This document shows positions 7,607 through 16,202 of a stretch of 64,000 nucleotides of DNA, piece by piece. Every line of letters starts with the position of its first letter. The first letter of the stretch is position 1. Both the position numbers and the translations under genes were made by a program. The notes beneath the pieces are model-generated. The model had not been told where the DNA came from and made no database searches. It saw only the letters and a program-made list of their open reading frames with translations. This stretch comes from Candidatus Omnitrophota bacterium (GTDB lineage: Bacteria > Omnitrophota > Omnitrophia > Omnitrophales > Aquincolibacteriaceae): positions 12,212 to 76,211 of the forward strand of contig PLLJ01000041.1 of the NCBI GenBank assembly GCA_003140935.1, read 5' to 3'.

Positions 7607-10600
7607 TTAAGCGCTGAAGTACTTTGCTTGCGGATGATGGACGATGATGGCTGAGGTGGATTGCTCCGGCGCCATCTGGAAGGTCTCACTCAGACTGATC
7701 CCGATCTTTTCCGCCGGAAGAACATGGAAAAGTTTTTTCTGATCCTCAAGATTCGGACATGCCGGATATCCGAAGCTGTAACGCGACCCCTGATACCCCT
7801 GCCGGAAGATCTCATCTTTGGTGCGTTTGTCCCGTTGATCGATCCCGAGATCGCGACGGATCAGAAGATGCGTGTACTCGGCCAGAGCCTCAGCAGCCTC
7901 CACGGAAAGTCCATGAAGATAAAGATATTCCGCATATTTATTCGCCTTAAAAAGTTTTTTCTCCACCTCACTGGCACGCTTACCCACGGTCACCGCATGG
8001 AAAGCCACAATATCAGTCTCCCCTCCCTTCGGTCTGAAAAAATCCGCAATGCACTGATAAGGCTCCCGTGATTGCCGGGGAAATGTGAACCGGGTCAATT
8101 CATTCTGAGCGGACCCATCCAACACGACCAGGTCATTCCCCTCGGAATAACACTTGTAGAAGCCATAGATGACCTTCGGCTCCAAGATCTTCTCACGGAC
8201 CGTTTGCGCCTTGAATCGTTCGAAAATGGGTTCCACATTCTCCTGAAGATAAAGTTCGAATTCGCGCGGAGTTCTGTCCCCTTGCTTAAATTGCCACTGG
8301 GCCCGGTAAAGCGCGATCTTGTTGATCCAGGGGAATACCTCTTGCATCCGGAGATTCTTGAGAATCCGGTAGCCAAAAAACGGAGGCTTGGGTATGGGGT
8401 TATCGCGATGAACGTGAAACGATGGCCCCTTTATGACATGCACGGCACTCGAAAGTGGCGGAACAGCTTTGGGCGGCGGAGCAGGCGGAACCGGAATAAC
8501 CGGCGTGGAGGTTTTAGCCTCCTGCTTTTCCGGAGCCGAACCCTGCTTGATCCTTTCCATGATCTTGAGACCGGAAAAGGCGTCGCGCCCATAATGAACC
8601 GGTCCCTGATAGGCCTGCGCGAGGTCACGCTCTACGTAACGCTCCGTGAGCGCCGCACCGCCACAGATCACCGGCAACTTGATCCCGCGCCGGCTCATTT
8701 CCTCAAGGTCCTCTTTCATGACGAGCGTTGATTTCACTAAAAGTCCCGAAAGCCCGATCGCATCCGCACGATTCTCGATCGCCGCTTTCATGATCGCCTC
8801 AACCGGCTGCTTGATCCCGATATTGAAAACCTTATAGCCGTTATTGGTGAGAATGATGTCGACCAAATTCTTCCCAATGTCATGAACATCACCCTTGACG
8901 GTCGCCAGGACGATACGTCCCCGCTCCTGGCCCTCCGATTTATCCATGAACTGCTCCAAATAGGCCACGGCTTTTTTCATAACCTCCGCCGACTGAAGCA
9001 CAAAAGGAAGCTGCATCTTCCCCGCGCCAAAAAGTTCTCCGACCACTTTCATACCCTCCAGCAAAAGCTCATTGATGATCTCTAGCGGTTTGTATTTTTT
9101 AAGAGCTTCGTCCAGGTCCGCGGCAAGATCATCGGAACTACCGTCAAGAATATGATTTTTCAGGATCTCCTCAACCGTGCCGGCCTTTTCGCGAGGCTTC
9201 TCAGCCATTCCCTGTTTGCCAGAAAAATGCGCAATGTATTCCTGCAAAGGGTCTTTACCGTCGATCCACTTGTTATGCAGCAATCTCTTTGCGATCTCAA
9301 GATCGTCCGCTGCGATCTTGAAGATCGGCACGATCTTTTGGGCATGAACGATCGCGGCATCAAGTCCCGCCTCCACACATTCATGCAGATAAACGCTGTT
9401 CAACACCTGCCGGGCATGCGGCGCAAGACCAAAAGAAATATTGCTGATCCCGAGGATCGTATGGACATCGGGCAGTTCTCTCTTAAGGCGGCGAATGGCC
9501 GCTATGGTTTCGGGCGCCGCGTTGCGGAACTCCTCACTGCCACTCCCAACGGTGAAAGTCAGCAGATCGAAGAAAAGATCTTCCGGCCGGATGCCGTACT
9601 GCTGAGTCACGATCTGATAAATGCGCTTGGCAACACGAAGCTTTTCCTCACGCGTTTTCGCCATGCCTTTTTCATCGATCGTCAAAGCCACTAAGGCGGC
9701 ACCGTATTTTTTCGCCATGGGACAGATCCTGCGTAACCGTTCACCGCCATCCTCGAGGTTGATCGAGTTGATGACGGGCTTTCCCGCGACATGCTTCAGG
9801 GCCTCCTCGATCACCGCATATTCCGTTGAATCGATCATCACCGGAACGGTGACATGCTGGTTGAAACGGCTGATCACTTCGCTCATATCTTTTTTTTCAT
9901 CGCGCCCGACATACGCCACGCAAAGATCCACGAGATGTGCGCCTTCTTTTACGGCCTCGCGCGCCACATTGACGATCGCGTCATAATCTTCGCGCTCAAG
10001 AAGCTGCTTGAATTTTTTACTGCCGTTGGCGTTCGCCTGCTCGCCTACCAGAAGCGGCGGGGGTTTTTGCGCATAGGGAGAGATCCCGTAAAGGCTTGCG
10101 CAAGCGGGTTCATGTTTGGGCGTCCGTTTTTTGGGAATGCATTTCCCCACGCGATCTACGACGGCTTTTAAGTGTTCGGGCGTCGTACCGCAGCAACCTC
10201 CCACGATCGAAACACCGAATTCTTTGACAAAACGTTCGTGGAAATCCGCAAGTTCCGTGGGGGTCAAATGATAATGAGCCGCGCCGCCGACATTCTCCGG
10301 AAGTCCGGCATTCGGTAAAACCGAAATATGTTTGACGGAATTTTCACAAAGCGTGCGAACGTGTTCAACCATTTCGGCGGGACCTGTCGCGCAATTCATC
10401 CCGATCACATCCACCGGGAACATCTCGAGCGTAGCGATCACCGCATGAATGTCTGTTCCAAGCAGCATCGTGCCCGTAGGCTCAAGAGTGACCTGGGCCA
10501 TGAGCGGCAACCGACGGCCCGTCTCTTTAAAATATTCCACCGCGGCAATAATAGCGATCTTGGTTTGAAGCAGGTCTTGGCAGGTTTCAATGAGCAGTCC

Positions 10601-11059
10601 GTCCACCCCTCCTGAGATGAGCCCCTTATACTGCTCTTTGTAGCATTCCTTGAGTTCATTAAAGCCGATATGCCCAAGAGATGGAAGCTTGGTCCCGGGA
10701 CCGACAGCGCCCATGACAAATCGCGGATGATCCGGCGAGGAGTATTTTTGGGCGAGCGCTTTGGCAAGATGCGCCGCTTTTTCGTTCAGCTCAACCACGC
10801 GGTCTTCTAAACCGTACTCCGCAAGCACCATACGATTCGAGCCGAACGAGTCGGTTTCGATCACATCGCAACCTGCCTTCAGAAAACTTTCGTGGACGCT
10901 CTGAATGGCGTCGGGCTTCGTGATGACCAAATATTCATTACAGCCGTCCTTGCCTCCGAAATCCTGGGAAGTAAGACCGAGGGTCTGGAGATTTGTGCCC
11001 AATGCCCCGTCAAACACAAGGACCTTCTCATTAAGCCGTTTCAGGAATGGATGTGTCAT
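7607..11059 (-). CDS. metH: Cobalamin-dependent methionine synthase
   Basis: 1150 aa. Homocysteine-binding, pterin-binding, B12-binding (GDVHDIGKNLV) and AdoMet reactivation domains appear in the canonical order. Confidence 0.95.
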   Translation of the reverse strand: MTHPFLKRLNEKVLVFDGALGTNLQTLGLTSQDFGGKDGCNEYLVITKPDAIQSVHESFLKAGCDVIETDSFGSNRMVLAEYGLEDRVVELNEKAAHLAKALAQKYSSPDHPRFVMGAVGPGTKLPSLGHIGFNELKECYKEQYKGLISGGVDGLLIETCQDLLQTKIAIIAAVEYFKETGRRLPLMAQVTLEPTGTMLLGTDIHAVIATLEMFPVDVIGMNCATGPAEMVEHVRTLCENSVKHISVLPNAGLPENVGGAAHYHLTPTELADFHERFVKEFGVSIVGGCCGTTPEHLKAVVDRVGKCIPKKRTPKHEPACASLYGISPYAQKPPPLLVGEQANANGSKKFKQLLEREDYDAIVNVAREAVKEGAHLVDLCVAYVGRDEKKDMSEVISRFNQHVTVPVMIDSTEYAVIEEALKHVAGKPVINSINLEDGGERLRRICPMAKKYGAALVALTIDEKGMAKTREEKLRVAKRIYQIVTQQYGIRPEDLFFDLLTFTVGSGSEEFRNAAPETIAAIRRLKRELPDVHTILGISNISFGLAPHARQVLNSVYLHECVEAGLDAAIVHAQKIVPIFKIAADDLEIAKRLLHNKWIDGKDPLQEYIAHFSGKQGMAEKPREKAGTVEEILKNHILDGSSDDLAADLDEALKKYKPLEIINELLLEGMKVVGELFGAGKMQLPFVLQSAEVMKKAVAYLEQFMDKSEGQERGRIVLATVKGDVHDIGKNLVDIILTNNGYKVFNIGIKQPVEAIMKAAIENRADAIGLSGLLVKSTLVMKEDLEEMSRRGIKLPVICGGAALTERYVERDLAQAYQGPVHYGRDAFSGLKIMERIKQGSAPEKQEAKTSTPVIPVPPAPPPKAVPPLSSAVHVIKGPSFHVHRDNPIPKPPFFGYRILKNLRMQEVFPWINKIALYRAQWQFKQGDRTPREFELYLQENVEPIFERFKAQTVREKILEPKVIYGFYKCYSEGNDLVVLDGSAQNELTRFTFPRQSREPYQCIADFFRPKGGETDIVAFHAVTVGKRASEVEKKLFKANKYAEYLYLHGLSVEAAEALAEYTHLLIRRDLGIDQRDKRTKDEIFRQGYQGSRYSFGYPACPNLEDQKKLFHVLPAEKIGISLSETFQMAPEQSTSAIIVHHPQAKYFSA

Positions 11060-11151
11060 AAGCCAGGTATTTTATCACAACTTTTGAAATTTAAACGAGT
11101 TTCGTCTTTATATGGACATGATAAACTGCTGAAAATCCTGTGTGGGATGCC

Positions 11152-12666
11152 CTAAAGGCGGGAAAAATGGGCTCGAACGGCTTCAGCGGTTTTTGGGTCG
11201 ATCCCTGGAACATCAAGAAGCTTTGCGATACTGGCATGACGGATCTCCTCTATGGAATTAAAATGCCGGAGAAGGAGACGCTTCCGCTTCTCACCCATAC
11301 CCGGGATGTCATCTAAAACAGAACGCTGCAGGGCCTTTGTCCTAAGCTGGCGGTGATACGTGATCGCAAACCGGTGCGCTTCATCCCGAACCTTTTTTAG
11401 AAGGTAGAGGGCCGGAGAATCTGATGCAAAAACAAGCGGCGCATGAAACTTCGGTGAGTGGATCCACTCGAACTGTTTGGCGATAGCAATAAGATCGATC
11501 GTTCCCATCCCCTCCTGAACAAGCACCCGGACCGCAGTATTAAGATGCCCCTTGCCACCATCGATTATAATAAGATCCGGCATGAAGTCTTCCCGGCCTT
11601 CCTGGATACCGCGAAGCATGCGTCTCAAGGCCTCCGCCATCATAGCGTAATCATTGATCCCGGAAACACCTCGGATCTTGTAGCGCCGGTACCCGAACTT
11701 GTCCGGAAGTTCCCGGTAAAAGCTCACCTTCGATGCCACGGCCTGATCTCCCTGCACGTTCGAGACGTCAAAACAAACGATGCGCTCGGGGATCCTCTCG
11801 AGCTTCAGCTTCTGTTTCAGTTCCATCGTCGCCGAAAGCGAGATGCCTTGTCCCGGATTCTTTGGAAAGAAGCGTTTTTTGCGGAGTTTTGAAAGAGCAT
11901 CGATCTGCTCTTTAAAAAATTGAGCATCCTCAAATCGCAACTCCCGACTGGCCTTCTCCATCCTGTCATTGAGATATTGAGCAAAGCTTTTTTTGCCTCC
12001 CCCAAGAAAACGTTTCACTTCATCGATCAGACGATCATATTCCGGCTTCACCTCCGGCTTGATGCACGGGGCAATGCACTGCCCGATATGATGGTAAAGA
12101 CACGCGACCCTAGGAAGCACCTGACATTTCCGGATCGGAAAAAGATCGTTGATCAAATTCACGGCTTGATGCAGAAGCTTCGCGTCGGTATAGGGACCGT
12201 AATAGATCGCCCGCTTGTCGGTCTTTTGACGCGTGACGCAGATCCTCGGAAATTTTTCTCGTGTGATCTTAAGCAGGGGGAAACTTTTATCGTCTTTGAG
12301 GTCCTGATTGTAACGGGGTTGGTGCTTATGGATCAGATGCGCCTCGAGAAGCAACGCATCCACTTCCGTTGGAGTGTCGATATGATCGATCGCCCGTACC
12401 TTCTGCATCAGGATCGCGATCTTGGGGATCGGCGATGGAACTTTGAAATACGAAAGCACCCTCTTGCGAAGTGACTTGGCCTTACCGATATAGAGGATCT
12501 CTCCCCGCTCGTCGCGCATCAGATAAATACCGGGCATCAGGGGGAGTTTCCCTGCAACAGAGCGGAGACGTTGAAAGGCATCGGTTGGCGGATGGCGGCG
12601 GGCGCTTGGTTTTTCGTCATCCTTCATCTTGGTTTCAACCGTCATCCGGCATCCTCCTTCCGTCAT
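11152..12666 (-). CDS. uvrC: Excinuclease ABC subunit C
   Basis: GIY-YIG motif (GIYLMRDERGEILYIGKAKSLRKR), the RNase H-like endonuclease region, and a C-terminal (HhH)2 (IPGMGEKRKRLLLRHF). The start among the N-terminal Met codons is uncertain. Confidence 0.9.
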   Translation of the reverse strand: MTEGGCRMTVETKMKDDEKPSARRHPPTDAFQRLRSVAGKLPLMPGIYLMRDERGEILYIGKAKSLRKRVLSYFKVPSPIPKIAILMQKVRAIDHIDTPTEVDALLLEAHLIHKHQPRYNQDLKDDKSFPLLKITREKFPRICVTRQKTDKRAIYYGPYTDAKLLHQAVNLINDLFPIRKCQVLPRVACLYHHIGQCIAPCIKPEVKPEYDRLIDEVKRFLGGGKKSFAQYLNDRMEKASRELRFEDAQFFKEQIDALSKLRKKRFFPKNPGQGISLSATMELKQKLKLERIPERIVCFDVSNVQGDQAVASKVSFYRELPDKFGYRRYKIRGVSGINDYAMMAEALRRMLRGIQEGREDFMPDLIIIDGGKGHLNTAVRVLVQEGMGTIDLIAIAKQFEWIHSPKFHAPLVFASDSPALYLLKKVRDEAHRFAITYHRQLRTKALQRSVLDDIPGMGEKRKRLLLRHFNSIEEIRHASIAKLLDVPGIDPKTAEAVRAHFSRL

Positions 12667-12672
12667 TCTGAT

Positions 12673-14269
12673 TTATGTTCCGTCCATCAGATTTTCGGCA
12701 TCGATCGGGTTGGTGACCGGTTTCCGCTTTTTCCGGAACCAAGCCCAAGCCTCCTTGGCTTCCGGAACATGGCACGCGAGACACAGACCCAGATAAGCGA
12801 GCGTGGCGACGGCAATGCTGCCGAATACCTGAATAATCTGCATTCGAGACCCTTGCCCCGGTATCCAGTACCTGAAAAATTCGAGACTGTAGTGAACGAT
12901 CACGCCCATCACGAGGGATGCGAGCAGGATACGCAAAAAGGAAGCGCCGATTTCGCGGAACGGGAATTCCCCGACCTTTTTGGGATAAAAATAGATCAAC
13001 TGTCCGAACTGAATAATGCCGGCAATCGAGGTCGCGACCGCCAACCCCGCCTCTTTGAAAGGAACCATCAGGATCAGGTTCAGGACTATGTTCGAAATGA
13101 GAGCGAAGATCGAGGTCCTCATCGGGGTTTTGGAATCCTGAGCAGCGTAGTAGCCGCTATTCATGATTTTCTGTCCTGCGAACGCAAAAAGGCCGATCGT
13201 GAACCCCAAAAGAACGGCGGCACTGCGCGCGGTCGAAACGGCATCAAATTCGCCGCGTTCAAAAAGCACCCGGATGATGGGCTCCCGAAGCACGATCAGT
13301 CCAACCGATGATGGGATGATGATGAAAAAAATGCTCCGGAGCGCGAACGAAAGCGTTTTTCGGGACGCTTCTTTTTCTCCCCGAGCGATCTGTTGGGCAA
13401 GCATCGGAAGTAGCGCGGTCCCCATGGCCAAAGCAAATATCCCGAGCGGAAATTGCATGAGGCGGTTCCCGTACCAGAGACTGGAATTCGCGCCGGGACC
13501 GATGAGCATACCCAGCGTCATATCCACGGTGATATTGATCTGAACCACTGCGAAACTCAGCACCACCGGTAATAAGAGCCGCCATGTCTTTTTTAGACCT
13601 TCATAACCGGTGTCCCAGACCCATCGGAACTTGAAACCGATCTTACGAAGCGGCGGTAACTCAACCGCCACATGCAAAAAACCGCCGAAAAGAATGGCGT
13701 AGGAAAGCCAGCTGATCTTCGCAAGATAATCATGCCCCATCCAGGATGGCACCCAAAGTACCGCGCTGATCCATACAAGATCGAGGATCGCAGTCGCCAT
13801 GGCTGGAGCAAAAAAATGTCGGTGGCTGTTCAGGACCCCCATTCCGAGCGCATAGAGCGACAAAAACCAGAGGTAAGGGAAAAGAATGCGCGAAAGCTCC
13901 AGAGTCAGCATCACAGTCGGGGAATGAAAACCAATCTTAAGGAGGATATGGAGAATACCTTCGACAGCCAGAATGAAGGCAAAAAGTGAAAGGCTCAGGA
14001 AACTGAATGTGATGTTGGCAAAGCGGAACGCCTCCTGAGGCCCCTGTTTTTCTCCGATCTCATTATAGACCGGGATGAAAGCGCTTGTGAGCCCACCTTC
14101 GCCCACAATACGGCGGAAAAGGTTCGGAAGCATAAAGGCATAAAGAAAGGCGTCATATTGCCAGTTCGTCCCGAAGCTTTTGGCGCTCACGATATCCCGG
14201 ATCAGCCCTAAAATACGGCTGATAAGAGTCATAGCTGCCACCACCACGGCCGCTTTCACAAGATGATGC
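12673..14269 (-). CDS. murJ: Lipid II flippase MurJ/MviN
   Basis: Multi-TM protein whose N-terminus aligns with E. coli MurJ (VKAAVVVAAMTLISRILGLIRD versus SLAAVSSMTMFSRVLGFARD). I place the start at the GTG at 14269. The ORF track's 613-aa extension to 14514 would run antisense through rpsT. Confidence 0.8.
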
Positions 14270-14362
14270 TTTCCGCTCTTCTGCGCGGGGGGATGCGGAT
14301 TGACAGAACGGGGACCCTGTGTTACATTGTCGCCTCTTTTTTCACCCAAAGGAGTCATCGAA

Positions 14363-14626
14363 ATGCCCAATATTCGTTCTGCTGCAAAACGTATTCGAAG
14401 CGATGCAAAAAAACGTGCAAAGAACATGGCCGTTCTTTCTGAGCTGAAATCCCTCAGTAAAAAACTGGCCCAACTCTCCTCCGAGCCCGAAAAGGCCAAA
14501 ACACTGGCCGCCACGCTGGTGGCCCGTTATGACCACGCGGTCAGCAAAGGTGTGATCCCGCGCGGTCGTGCGGACCGGAGAAAATCCCGCATCGCGCTTT
14601 TCCTCGCCAAGATCAAGAAAAAGTAA
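14363..14626 (+). CDS. rpsT: 30S ribosomal protein S20
   Basis: MPNIRSAAKRIRSDAKKRAKN... is characteristic of S20. Ribosome-binding site AAAGGAG 7 nt upstream of the ATG at 14363. Confidence 0.9.
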   Translation: MPNIRSAAKRIRSDAKKRAKNMAVLSELKSLSKKLAQLSSEPEKAKTLAATLVARYDHAVSKGVIPRGRADRRKSRIALFLAKIKKK

Positions 14627-14651
14627 GACTTCCCGAATTTCCTCTTTCAAA

Positions 14652-14684
14652 GCCGGGTTTTAGTTCCGAACAAAACCCGGGTTT
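14652..14684. terminator. Putative bidirectional terminator hairpin between convergent rpsT and holA
   Basis: Inverted repeat CCGGGTTTT...AAAACCCGG with a 9-bp stem, followed by GTTT. The T-tract is short. Confidence 0.35.
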
Positions 14685-14694
14685 GAATAGGTCA

Positions 14695-15717
14695 TCACAA
14701 AGCGCTATATTCCAAGAGCCAGGCTTCCAACCCCGGAATGCCTTCAAGTTGACCGCTCTTGGCCTTCCGGTCGATCTGATAGAGCGCCTCTATGGCTGAT
14801 TCTAAGCGCTCAACAGGAAATTTCCTCAACGCGCTCAAACGGGCCGGAGACATCCGGAGCCTGGAGCCGACTTCGCGTTCGGAAACTCCCGATGATAAAA
14901 GCATGGCCGCCTGCCATAATTGCCGGAGCTGCCAATGCAGAATCCCGAGGAGAGAAAAAAGATCCGCCTCATAAAATTCCGTCAGGTCGCGAAAAACCTT
15001 AAGAACTCTCGCCGGATCACGGTCCACCAGAGCATTCGTAAGTTTAAAAACATCCATCTCCGTCCAGTTTTCCTCGAACCGGTTAACCATGTCTTCATCG
15101 ATCTCTTGCAGGTCGCCAGAAAACTGCACGAGTCTCTCAAGCATGGTATCCAGGAACATCATCGCATCTCCGCACATAGCAAGGATCCGAGCCTTGGCGC
15201 CGGAAGACATGGCCTTGTGATATTGCTTGAGTTTTTGCTGGATGAATATCGCACCTGCTCCCCGGGCTTCGTCCCTCGCCAAAAGGATCAGCTGCCCTTT
15301 GGCCTTCATGAGTTTTTGAAGCTCCGAAGCACCTTTGAGATCATCGGATTCCAGGATCAGGGTAGTTTTGGTCGCAGGTTTTCCGAGATAAGCGGCCAGG
15401 ACTTCAAGATCAGGCTCCTTCAGAAATCCTGCTCCCTGCGCATAAATGACCTGTCCCGATGATAAGAACGGAAGAGTCCTTGCAGCGGCTAAAACGGTTT
15501 CAAGAGGCGTTTCTTCCAGATCGAATGTTTGCTGAGCGAGAGGCTCTCCCGCTTTTTTTTCGATCTCAGAAACGAGAACCTTGGCCTTTTGGGTTCTAAG
15601 GAAGGGGTCACCGACAATAAGGAAGACTTCTGTTCTCAAAGGAACCGTCCGGGGAAAAGGATCACCAGTCTTCGACAATGCGATCCGCAATATTATAGGC
15701 GAGATTACGGACGGCAT
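14695..15717 (-). CDS. holA: DNA polymerase III delta subunit
   Basis: Length and sequence pattern fit HolA. The conserved lptE-holA synteny supports the call. The start is ambiguous: the ATG at 15717 and the track's start at 15738 both overlap the 3' end of lptE, and a TTG just after the lptE stop is an alternative. Confidence 0.8.
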   Translation of the reverse strand: MPSVISPIILRIALSKTGDPFPRTVPLRTEVFLIVGDPFLRTQKAKVLVSEIEKKAGEPLAQQTFDLEETPLETVLAAARTLPFLSSGQVIYAQGAGFLKEPDLEVLAAYLGKPATKTTLILESDDLKGASELQKLMKAKGQLILLARDEARGAGAIFIQQKLKQYHKAMSSGAKARILAMCGDAMMFLDTMLERLVQFSGDLQEIDEDMVNRFEENWTEMDVFKLTNALVDRDPARVLKVFRDLTEFYEADLFSLLGILHWQLRQLWQAAMLLSSGVSEREVGSRLRMSPARLSALRKFPVERLESAIEALYQIDRKAKSGQLEGIPGLEAWLLEYSAL

Positions 15718-16189
15718 CCACGGATGCCTTCTGCTCACCGATTGATGTAGCGGTAGTCACATAGTACTCCGTACTTCCCGAAAAATTCGGTTCCTCCCAG
15801 ATCAGATCTCCCGTCTTCGCGTCCACAAGCTTCAACCTGACAACCATAAAAAGACGGTACTGCGACACACCCTCCAAGGAGGTGAACCGAAGTCCCTCTT
15901 GCTCCAAAGACATTAGATCTGTTTTTAGAATCGTGTCGGCTTTCTTCTGTTCCACGACTTTCAAAGTGCCGTCCATCTGGAGCCGCTGGATCACCGCATT
16001 GGTGATATCCATCTCAAGCCCGGGCTGATAAGCGTAAATACTCTCGGGATCGAGCTTATTCTTTACCGTCTCAACATAGATCGTTTTCATATTCCTCGGT
16101 AACACCGTATGACGTGTGTAACCGCACCCGCTAAACGCCCACACCGCTACTAAACCCCAAACTCCCACCCATCGCATATTTTTCATCAT
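15662..16189 (-). CDS. lptE: LPS-assembly lipoprotein LptE-like
   Basis: Signal peptide plus a lipobox, MMKNMRWVGVWGLVAVWAFSGC. About 175 aa and located immediately upstream of holA, as in E. coli leuS-lptE-holA. The start is one of the internal Met codons. Confidence 0.65.
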   Translation of the reverse strand: MMKNMRWVGVWGLVAVWAFSGCGYTRHTVLPRNMKTIYVETVKNKLDPESIYAYQPGLEMDITNAVIQRLQMDGTLKVVEQKKADTILKTDLMSLEQEGLRFTSLEGVSQYRLFMVVRLKLVDAKTGDLIWEEPNFSGSTEYYVTTATSIGEQKASVDAVRNLAYNIADRIVEDW

Positions 16190-16202
16190 GAGTCCCCGTT
16201 GA

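Noticed and set aside
5800-11000. Numerous 60-200-aa track ORFs antisense to pckG, metH, leuS, the hydrogenase genes and others
   Set aside because: They lie inside well-supported long genes and have no ribosome-binding sites and low-complexity R/P/G-rich translations typical of GC-rich antisense frames.
12673-14514. 613-aa version of MurJ from the ORF track
   Set aside because: The N-terminal 80 codons run antisense through rpsT and are not MurJ-like. Alignment to E. coli MurJ places the start at the GTG at 14269.
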